Assembly (NCBI GenBank): GCA_965249575.1
Contig: OZ252244.1
Span: 2,688,001 to 2,752,000, forward strand
From: Gemmatimonadales bacterium
Lineage (GTDB): Bacteria; Gemmatimonadota; Gemmatimonadetes; Gemmatimonadales; GWC2-71-9
DNA length: 64,000 nucleotides
Direction: 5' to 3'
Part shown: positions 55,715-64,000 of the stretch, piece after piece
How positions within the stretch are numbered: position 1 is the stretch's first letter
Layout: each line of letters begins with the position of its first letter
Translations under genes and position numbers: made by a program
Notes under the pieces: model-generated
Told to the model about the DNA's origin: nothing
Database searches by the model: none
What the model saw: only the letters and a program-made list of their open reading frames with translations

Positions 55715-58177
55715 ATGTCTCCTACCGTTCTTTGCCCCCGATGCCAAACGCCTCTCGAGGCGGGCGCGGATTTCTGCTCGAGTTGCGGAGAGAGCTTTGG
55801 CTCCGTGCCACCGGTCGACGCGACCGGTCTGGCGCATACCGGCCGGCTGCTGTCTGAGACGCCCGGGGAGGAGATAAGGGGCCTCCTTCGGGCCGAGACC
55901 CAGGGCGAGTACGAGGTGCTGGCGGAGCTCGGTCGCGGTGGCATGGCCACGGTGTTCCTCGCTCGCGAGCTCGCCCTCAACCGGAAAGTCGCTATCAAGG
56001 TCATGTCCCCGGCGCTAGTTCACGGTGGGGACATGGTTGAGCGGTTCCATCGAGAAGCGCAGATGGCGGCGTCGCTCAGTCATCCCAACATCATTCCGAT
56101 CTACTCGGTCAGGAGCTCAGGCGGTCTCTTCTTCTTCGTCATGAAGTGTGTCGAGGGCCGGACTCTGGGCTCGATCATCCGCGAACTGGGCCAGCTACCG
56201 ATCGACATGGTTCGGGCGATTCTTGCTCAGGTCGGTGGCGCGCTCGATTACGCCCATCGGCGCGGCGTGGTTCACCGAGACATCAAGCCCGAGAACATCA
56301 TGATCGACGACGAGGGGTGGACCGTCGTGACAGACTTCGGAATCGCCAAGGCAACCGAAGCCACACAGCTCACGGCTACGGGGGCTGCGATCGGCACGCC
56401 CGCCTACATGAGTCCGGAGCAATGTTCCGGAGACGCAGTCACCGGCTCGGCTGATCAATACTCTCTCGGGGTCGTTGCATACGAAATGCTGACCGGTAAG
56501 CCTCCGTTTGACGCCCCGACCCTGATGGGAATGATGTGGGCTCACGTGAACAAGGCGCCGGCTCCTCTGCAGGAACGCCGGGAAGACTGCCCGCAGGAGT
56601 TGGCGGACGCGGTGGAGCGCATGTTGGCCAAGCCGGCCGAGGAGCGATTTCCGGCGATGGCGGAAGCCGTCGCTGCCATCGGTACCACGCCGGTTACACA
56701 AGAAGATCGCGTCCGTACGAACCTGATCCACCTGGCGAAGGAGGGCGAGGCGGCGAGGCTCATCGCCGCGGTCCGCACGCCAAGCAGCCCGGTGCCTCTC
56801 GGCCGGACAGGAGCGTCGGCGGGCCGCTCCCCGCCGCCCCGTCTGCTGACCCCTCGAGACGCCGCCCTGACTGGGCGCACCCAGGCAACCGAGCGACCCA
56901 CCCTGGTGTGGGTTGTCATTGTGCTCGTTGCAATCGGTGGCGGTGCCGTCGCATGGCTACTAACGCAGTTCGCCGGGCCGGAGCCTGCGCGGCCGGCTCC
57001 TCAGGTACTGGAGCTATCGACGCCGGGGCCGCCCGCGATCGCTTCGAGGACGATCGCATCCATCGCCATCGACGCGCCCGCCACAGCGATCCAGGTCGGC
57101 AACTCGACTCCACTCTCGGCGGTGGCGCGCGACGCGGGCGGGAACACTGCTTCCCTGAACGAGCTCTCGTGGGAATCCTCGGACCCGTCGGTTGCGAGCG
57201 TCTCACCGGATGGCATTCTCTCTGCGATGAGGGCCGGCATCGCGCAGATCACCGCTCGCGCCGAGTCCCACAGCGCCACGGTCAGCATCAGGTTTAGGGG
57301 ACCCCGGCCGGGTACTACACCCGGCACGCGAGGCGCGGTCGTGGCGTACGTGCAGGTCGTACCGCCACGCGCCCGCCTCCCGATCGGTGAGTCGCTCGAG
57401 ATTGCGGCAATACCAAGAGCTGCTGACGGGAGGATCCTGGACAAGGATCCGGTGGTCTGGGAGTCCAGCCATCCTGCGATCGCAGTCGTCTCTCCTCTGG
57501 GCGTCGTGACTGGCGTGGGAGAGGGTGAGGCGCGAATCACGGCAACTCTCGAAGGCAGGTCAGCGTTCGCGACGCTCAGCGTGTTGCCGATCCCCTCCCT
57601 GGAGATATCGCCGCCGCAGAGGCCAGTGACGGTCGGTGCAACGGTGAAACTGGCTGCGAGGATTCGCGGGCCCGGCGGTCGTTTCCTGGAGATTCCGGCG
57701 AGTTGGACGTCCGGCAACGAGGAGGTTGCGACAGTCTCTGCGGACGGATTGGTGTCGGGGATGGCAGTCGGGAGCGCCGAGATCGTGGCGACGGTTCGGG
57801 AGCGGTCAGCGTCAGTGACCGTCACGGTGCGAGACGTGGAGCCAGTGGTCGTCCGGGCGCCGCCCGATGCACGACTCGCTCTCGAAGCGGTCGTCAGCGA
57901 GTACGCCAGAGCCCTCTCGTCCCGCAACGTGGACGCTGTGAAGGGTGTGTATCCCGGCCTTCCAGCCAATCGCGAGCGCGCCTGGTCGGACATCTTCGAG
58001 TTGGGCGACCTCGAGGTCACAGTCGAGTTCGTGGAAATTCTGGAGCAGAGCCCGGACGTCGCGGTGGTGAGGTTTGAGCAGACGATCGACGGAAGGCGAT
58101 TGGTGCGTAATACGACGACCTTCACTGCTTCGCTGGTACGGGTGCCGGACGGGTGGCAGATCACCTCCATCCGCTGA
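55715..58177 (+). CDS. Membrane Ser/Thr protein kinase with extracellular Ig-like (Big_2) repeats
   Basis: LGRGGMATV, VAIKV, HRDIKPEN, DFG and GTPAYMSPEQ motifs; one TM; three W.SS...VA.VS..G repeats. Confidence 0.93.
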   Translation: MSPTVLCPRCQTPLEAGADFCSSCGESFGSVPPVDATGLAHTGRLLSETPGEEIRGLLRAETQGEYEVLAELGRGGMATVFLARELALNRKVAIKVMSPALVHGGDMVERFHREAQMAASLSHPNIIPIYSVRSSGGLFFFVMKCVEGRTLGSIIRELGQLPIDMVRAILAQVGGALDYAHRRGVVHRDIKPENIMIDDEGWTVVTDFGIAKATEATQLTATGAAIGTPAYMSPEQCSGDAVTGSADQYSLGVVAYEMLTGKPPFDAPTLMGMMWAHVNKAPAPLQERREDCPQELADAVERMLAKPAEERFPAMAEAVAAIGTTPVTQEDRVRTNLIHLAKEGEAARLIAAVRTPSSPVPLGRTGASAGRSPPPRLLTPRDAALTGRTQATERPTLVWVVIVLVAIGGGAVAWLLTQFAGPEPARPAPQVLELSTPGPPAIASRTIASIAIDAPATAIQVGNSTPLSAVARDAGGNTASLNELSWESSDPSVASVSPDGILSAMRAGIAQITARAESHSATVSIRFRGPRPGTTPGTRGAVVAYVQVVPPRARLPIGESLEIAAIPRAADGRILDKDPVVWESSHPAIAVVSPLGVVTGVGEGEARITATLEGRSAFATLSVLPIPSLEISPPQRPVTVGATVKLAARIRGPGGRFLEIPASWTSGNEEVATVSADGLVSGMAVGSAEIVATVRERSASVTVTVRDVEPVVVRAPPDARLALEAVVSEYARALSSRNVDAVKGVYPGLPANRERAWSDIFELGDLEVTVEFVEILEQSPDVAVVRFEQTIDGRRLVRNTTTFTASLVRVPDGWQITSIR

Positions 58178-58188
58178 TGGGCGGGGCC

Positions 58189-59576
58189 TCAGAAGGTGTA
58201 TTCCAAGCCCACCGTCCAGAGGACGTGCGGACGGACACCTCCTCGGTTGAGCGGCCACGCGGAATTGGCCACCAACGTCACTCCCGCCGGCGTCACGAAC
58301 TTGAAGCCCACCGAGGCGTCGATCAGATCGTCTCGGATATCGGGCACGGTCGTGGCCTCGATGACGCGGCGGTAGGGCGACTCGATCACGACGGGTCCCG
58401 GTATCTGGAGCTTCCGGTCACCCACTTGGAACTGGGAGACCAGATCGACCGCCAGGGTGACCCACGGAGCGAGTACCTGATCGAACCCGGCGGTCACGAG
58501 CACGCCGTCGTTCTGGAGATCGCCCGACCGGTGCAGGTATCCCAGGTTCGCGTGGGGCGAGAAGGTGTCGAACGTGGTGGAGATGATGCCGAGGCCCCGG
58601 AACGCGAACGCTCCTGAGCCCAGGAGATCTTCTTCGCTCCCCGTCGCGAAGCGGGCTTCGGCGATCATGCCCAATCGCGCCGATTGCGACTCGGTCAACG
58701 CAACCTTGAGCCGCACGGCAATGTCGCCGATTCCGGAGGCCGACCCCTCAACGAAGCGCGGGTCGGAGGCGAGCACGGGGTCGTCCGGCGTCCCGCCGAA
58801 GCAATTCGTGGCGGGCGGGCCACCGAAGGGGACGATCTGCGCCTGACTGTTCCCTCGAACGGTCGTGAACACGATGGGGATGGCGACGCCGATATCCAGC
58901 CGATCGAACAGACCATATGCCAGCGCCAAGGAAAGGGAGCTGACCCGGAGGTCGAGACCCATGTTGAACTGGATAAAGTCGTTCTCCTGCACAGGAAAGC
59001 CCCGCACTGAGCAATCTCCGCCGAACAGGGTGTCGCAGCCGGGGAAATCAAGGTCACGTGGGTGAAGTTGAGCCGCAAATTATTCAGGTCGACTCCGCGG
59101 ACGCGCTTGAACCTGAAGACGTTGAGGTTGGTGGCCACCAGCACGCGACCCGAGCCCAGTGTTTGAGCCCGCTCAGCGAGTATCGGTCCCGGCGCCTCGC
59201 GGGTGAGGACCGGGGTGCCGTCTTTGAACATCAGGGTGAACCCCGTATTCGCCGAGCTGAACGGGATGTTTGCGACGTTCGTTGCAACGGCGTTTTCCAG
59301 AAAGTCGATCAGGGTAGCGTTGTTTGCGGCCGTCGCCGGTCTGAATCCCCCGCCATCTCCTGCGATTCCAGGAGCCCGGCCCTTGGAGTCCCCGAGTGAA
59401 AGCGGATCGCCACCCGCGACGAAGACGAAGAGCTCTCTGATCGTCCGGCGAAGCCCTCGTACCGGCTCCCGCTCGGCGAACGGAGTTGGCTCCTGGCCTG
59501 CGGCCGGAGCTGCTGCCAGAAGGAGTCCAAGTAGGGCAGCCGAAAGAGGGGCTGAGCGGTCGGTTCCCGGATTCAT
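58189..59576 (-). CDS. Secreted/outer-membrane hypothetical protein (one frameshift near 59055)
   Basis: Signal peptide; GPILAERAQTLG; continues in another frame with SGIGDIAVRLK and ends VGLEYTF (barrel-like C-terminal Phe). Confidence 0.7.
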
Positions 59577-59689
59577 GGTCGGAATGAAAGGGCGGGGGAA
59601 CCCAGAGGCGCAAGGGTCCGCTCTTGCGTTCAGCCAGGCCACGACGCGAACCTTTTGTATCGCTTCCCTCGTAGGTCTGATACCAGCAA

Positions 59690-59971
59690 ATGGGAGTTCC
59701 GATGCCCGTAGATGTCCTCGAAGGTCTTCTCCCGTTGGGCGCCCTCGTGGCCCTCGGCACGTTTGGACTGATCGGCATGAAGTTGTGGCTAAAGGCGAAA
59801 GCCAACCGGCTTCGCGAGGGCGGCAGTGACCACATTGCGCGGTTGGGCCAGCAGATCGACGACCTGGTGGAGCAGGTCGGAGTCCTTCGAGATGGGCACA
59901 CTGAGATTCACGAGCGCCTCGACTTCACCGAAAGGATGCTGACCACAGCAAGGGACGAGGAGGGCCGGTAG
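59690..59971 (+). CDS. Small membrane-anchored coiled-coil protein
   Basis: One TM, then EIHERLDFTERML. Confidence 0.7.
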   Translation: MGVPMPVDVLEGLLPLGALVALGTFGLIGMKLWLKAKANRLREGGSDHIARLGQQIDDLVEQVGVLRDGHTEIHERLDFTERMLTTARDEEGR

Positions 59972-60126
59972 CACGAATCATCCGCTCCCTCCCCCCCCTG
60001 TTGCGGGTGGTCAGAGTCCCAGTTACGCCCTACGACCTACGCCCTACGCCGTGAGCCCGCTCGGACCATTGCTGCGCCATTATTAACAGAGCTGGCACAG
60101 ACAGCACTCAATATGCGGAGGAATCG

Positions 60127-61769
60127 ATGCGTCGCGTCACCTTCACCCTCGTGGCCGCGTCAGTAGTCGTCACAGCGGCGTGCAACAGCAAGAATGGTCA
60201 TGGCGACGGGCACGCCTCGTCGAGGGGGCATGAAGTCCCGCTGTATGACAATCTGGGCAGTCATCATCACGAAATCACGACCATGGTGCCGCTCGCCCAA
60301 CGATATTTCGACCAGGGCTTGAGGCTTCTCTATGCGTTCAACCACGCCGAGGCGGCCGAGGCGTTTGGAGAGGCAGAGCGGCTCGATCCCGACTGTGCCA
60401 TGTGTGCCTGGGGCGCCGCCCTCGCCTATGGCCCCAACATCAACGCGCCAATGGAGCCGGAGGCGGGAAAAGCTGCGTATGCGGCCGTGCGCCGGGCAAT
60501 GGCCAACGTTTCGAAGGTCAGCACTCGGGAACAAGCATTCGTTCGCGCGCTCGCGGAGCGCTACACCGCCGACCCAGCGGAGAACCGAGCGGGACTGGAC
60601 TCGGCCTACGCCCGGGCGATGGAGGCTGTGGCAGACGGCTACCTAGATGACCTCGACGCGCAAGTTCTGCACGCGGATGCGGTCATGAACTTGAGTCCGT
60701 GGAACCACTGGACCGCCGCCGGCAAGGCCCGGCTGGGAACGGAACAGCTCCTGTCACGCCTCGAGTACGCTCTCGACCGGGACTGGGATCATCCCGGGGC
60801 CTGCCACCTATATATCCACGCGCTGGAGGCGCACGAGCCCGAGCGCGCCTTTGCCTGCGCCGAGCGTTTACCGAGCCTGATGCCCGGCGCCGGCCACGTG
60901 GTCCACATGCCCGCGCACATCTACGTTCGCGTGGGGCGTTACGCGGATGCCATCGAGACCAACGAGCACGCCGTCCACGCCGACGAGTCGTATCTGGAGG
61001 GGGGCGCGCCGTGAGTCGCGAGGGTATCTATCCGCAGGGCTACTACCCCCACAACTACCATTTCATGAGTTTTGCGGCTTCGATGGCTGGTAACCGCAAG
61101 AAGGCGATCGCGGCAGCCCGCAAAGTCGCGGAGAAAGTCGGGCTCGACGTGGCGCGACGGATCCCGTGGCTCGAAGCGGTCACGCCGGTCGTTTACTGGA
61201 CCCTGGTGACGTTCGGTGCGTGGGATGTGCTCGTGGCCGAGCCGCTTCCGCCACCGGACCTGCGATTCACGTCGGGGATGGCCTATTATGCTCGCGGGGT
61301 CGCGTTTGCCGCCCAGGAGCAGTGGAATGCCGCGGCGCAATCCTTGGACAGCGTCACAGCCATCGCGCACAACTTCCCTGATGGCGACAATCGCATTGCG
61401 CTCGCGATCGCTCGAGAGGCTCTCGCTGGAGAGCTCGCGGCGCGGCGTGGGGACCTGACCGCGGCGATTGCGCACTTCCAGACGGCGGTAGAGTTTGAGG
61501 ACGGCCTCTCCTATAACGAGCCGCCTACCTGGTACTATCCAATGCGACAGTCCTTAGGAAAGGCGCTCCTGGCCGCGAATCGCTCGCGCGAGGCCGAGCG
61601 GGTGTACCGCGAGGATCTTTCCAGGTTCCCCGAGAATGGCTGGTCGCTCTTTGGCCTGTCACAGTCTCTGGCACAACAGGGCCGCTCAGCCGAAGCCCGT
61701 AAAGTCCGGCAACGCTACGAAACGGCGTGGCGAATGGCTGACGTGCGGCTCGAGGCGTCCAGGATGTAA
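60127..61769 (+). CDS. TPR-like lipoprotein (one frameshift at the G-run 60999-61004)
   Basis: TAA-C lipobox; YAFNHAEA, HPGACHLYIH and GHVVHMPAHIY motifs; continues with YYPHNYHF and PENGWSLFGL. Confidence 0.8.
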
Positions 61770-62099
61770 GCGAGCGGGCGCTTCCCCAGCGTCCTGCTGG
61801 TGGCGACCCGCTGCGTGCGCCGGCCCGCCGAGTGGGCGGCCCAACAGACGCTGGTTGCCAGGTCGGCAGGGCAGATCGTCGTGTGAGTACCACAAAAGTT
61901 GGGTAGCTACTACGTGCCCACGAAAGTGGATTTATCTAATACATTGTAAAATAGAGACTTAAGGACGTTGCTTCCCGTGCATGTACCTTGCTGCCCACCT
62001 CTGGGACGCCCGGTGTTGGGGTAGACGGCAGGTCAGTTAGGCGTCGAGGCCGATCCCCATGGCTTGAGCTTGGCGTAACACGTTCAGGTATAACGACCT

Positions 62100-62600
62100 A
62101 TGGTGTCGCCAATACTCGTTCGACCTGGTGGGAAAGAGCGGAAGGGCCCGTTGCTCAGATACGAGCGGCCAGTGTCCCTGGCGCTGTATGCGGTGGCGGC
62201 GCTGTTCGTGGGCGGCACGCTTCTCGACTTGGGCGTCCTGTGGATTGCGCAGCGCCAAACAGGTGCGCAATGGGAGTTCGTGGCGATCTCCTCCACGGTC
62301 GAGGCCATTCCCCGACTGGCCCTCGGTGTCGGCATGGCGTACGTCGCGCTGTACGTGAGCCAGTCGGCCTCGACATTGGCGTACCGCGGCTTGGCGCTCG
62401 CTCTGGTTCTCGTTGGCGTGTTCGGTGCGGCGCTGGGAGCGCTGATGTTGACGGTGTACTTTCCGATTGCCCGGATTGTGCAGCCGGAATCGGTTCAGTT
62501 GTTTCGGAGCACGGTGATCAAGGCGGTGGGGCTCAGCGCGCTGTACACCATCGCGCTCGTGCCCATTGGCATACATGGCTTGCGCGGACCCAAGAGCTGA
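62100..62600 (+). CDS. 4-TM membrane protein
   Basis: Four hydrophobic segments. Confidence 0.65.
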   Translation: MVSPILVRPGGKERKGPLLRYERPVSLALYAVAALFVGGTLLDLGVLWIAQRQTGAQWEFVAISSTVEAIPRLALGVGMAYVALYVSQSASTLAYRGLALALVLVGVFGAALGALMLTVYFPIARIVQPESVQLFRSTVIKAVGLSALYTIALVPIGIHGLRGPKS

Positions 62601-62700
62601 TGGTCAGGATCGGCGGGCAGGCTTGCGGGTGGCGCAGGGTGCGCGTGGCGGAGTCTAGGCTCCCGTCACGAGCTCATTCAGGCCACTACTCACCAAGGAG

Positions 62701-63245
62701 GTGCGCCCTGAAAACTGGAAGAGCCTTATTGACGGCGGGGGCCGCAGCCGTTGTGCTGACGGTGTCCCTGCCCAGTGCCGGGCATGCTTGGCAGTTGTAC
62801 TCAGATCACCTTCGTGCTGGATGTGGCCGGTCAGAACCACATTGACATGGTTCACATTTTCAGCGGTGATACCAAATGGCAGTTTGTAGACATCGTTGGT
62901 ATCACGGATGCTAATGGTCAGGCAGTGACGAACTGGACCCATAGCATCTACAATGGGGACGTTGAGCTGGTCTTTAGCACCACCGGGCCGTACGTGGCCG
63001 AGCCAATGCACATCACGGTCGCTATGTCAAACAACGCTGCGAACAACACGAACTCGGACCTGTACGATGGTAGTCTCGGGTACGACGGGGAAGGGACGGA
63101 TGCCAACCCCCCCGTGCCCCCGAGTAACGTGCGTTTCAACGGCACTGTCACGCCCGAACCGGTAAGTGTAGTCCTGCTTGGCACTGGTCTCGTCGGTGTC
63201 GGAGCGGCTTATCGGCGGCGACGCCTGCGCCCGGACGAGCCTTAA
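62701..63245 (+). CDS. PEP-CTERM sorting-domain protein (apparent indels near the 5' end)
   Basis: C-terminal VTPEPVSVVLLGTGLVGVGAAYRRRR; AAGGAGG RBS before GTG62701; the signal peptide lies in another frame. Confidence 0.75.
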
Positions 63246-63365
63246 GCGTTCGCGGAACAGTATCGGGGGCGGAGGGTTCCACCTGCCCGCCGGGCGGGCC
63301 CTCCGTTCCGCGTTGACTCCCCCCCCTGTAGCGCGCCCCATCGCCCGACACCGGATGTTGCCTGG

Positions 63366-64000
63366 TCATTTGGGGTCTTTCCACACCTGACGGCACACCC
63401 GTAGCCAGTTGTCGCCGAGCACACCGCGCACGTCCTCTTCACTGTATCCACGTTTGAGCATCAGGTCCGTCAACTCGGGAAGTTGCTCGACTTCGAAACA
63501 GGCCATCGGCTCCCACATACCCTGCTCTTTGCCGGGCCACTCATCCGGCCGTTCGTCGATGTATCGCTTCAAGAACTCGAGACCGGGTTTGTCGACGGAA
63601 TCCAATCCGATACCGACATGGCGGGGACCCACGAGCTCCACGACGTGATGAAGGTGGCGAAAGTAGGTCTCCGTGTCGGTGTCGCCTAGATAGAACCCGG
63701 CGCTGGTGATCCCAATGACCCCGCCGTTGGCGGCGCACGCCTTGATCTGGTCGTCCCGCACGTTGCGAAAGTGCTCCCGCACCGCGTGGCAGCCGAGGTG
63801 AGAGAAGATGACCGGCGCCTCGGAGACCTCCATCATTTCCATCGTCGTCTCGTAGCCTGCATGCGCCCCGTCGACGAGCATTCCCACCCTGTTCATCTCG
63901 TGGACGACTTTGATCCCGAATCGCGTCAAACCGATGTCGATTCGATCTGCCGAGCCTCCGCCAATGGAGTTGACGAGGTTGAAGATCGGGTGAACGAACC
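63366..64000 (-). CDS. Membrane dipeptidase (M19) family, 5' end beyond the window
   Basis: EMNRVGMLVD.AH, PVIFSH, RNVRDDQIKA, HVGIGLD and RGYSEEDVRGVLGDNWLRV motifs. Confidence 0.9.
   Translation of the reverse strand, partial: FVHPIFNLVNSIGGGSADRIDIGLTRFGIKVVHEMNRVGMLVDGAHAGYETTMEMMEVSEAPVIFSHLGCHAVREHFRNVRDDQIKACAANGGVIGITSAGFYLGDTDTETYFRHLHHVVELVGPRHVGIGLDSVDKPGLEFLKRYIDERPDEWPGKEQGMWEPMACFEVEQLPELTDLMLKRGYSEEDVRGVLGDNWLRVCRQVWKDPK

Noticed and set aside
1..64000. CRISPR array or cas genes
   Set aside because: No regularly spaced identical repeats with unique spacers and no Cas motifs were seen.

Overview
GC-rich bacterial window; the gene repertoire suggests Gemmatimonadota, but that is inference only. 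Bases 1 to ~35,083 are the right part of a siphovirus-type prophage. From left to right it contains: leftward early genes, a cI-like XRE repressor with an ImmA/IrrE-like gene, ~10.7 kb of plus-strand cargo, and a complete minus-strand late operon (TerS, TerL, portal, protease/scaffold, capsid, tail, lysis). It ends at a 31-bp tRNA 3'-end duplication (attR) only ~240 bp upstream of terS. No integrase lies in the window. From ~35.1 kb to the end are host genes: DAHP synthase, KamA radical SAM, MFS transporter, TIGR03546/03545 pair, citrate synthase, M14 peptidase, a zinc-finger-PYP fusion, a Ser/Thr kinase and others. The most notable feature is the cargo region, which is a stacked cassette array. 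Four unrelated predicted lipoprotein genes each start at the GTG of the same CTGTGA stop/start motif, which belongs to full or shrinking, diverged copies of the immA 3' end (full gene, 255 bp, 59 bp, 13 bp). Several are followed by remnants of the same downstream gene's 5' end. A second repeated 'gene end + promoter' anchor heads two further cargo blocks. Several single-base frameshifts, mostly at short homopolymers, suggest residual sequencing indels, so pseudogene calls are tentative. All family assignments come from motif recognition by eye, not from database searches.
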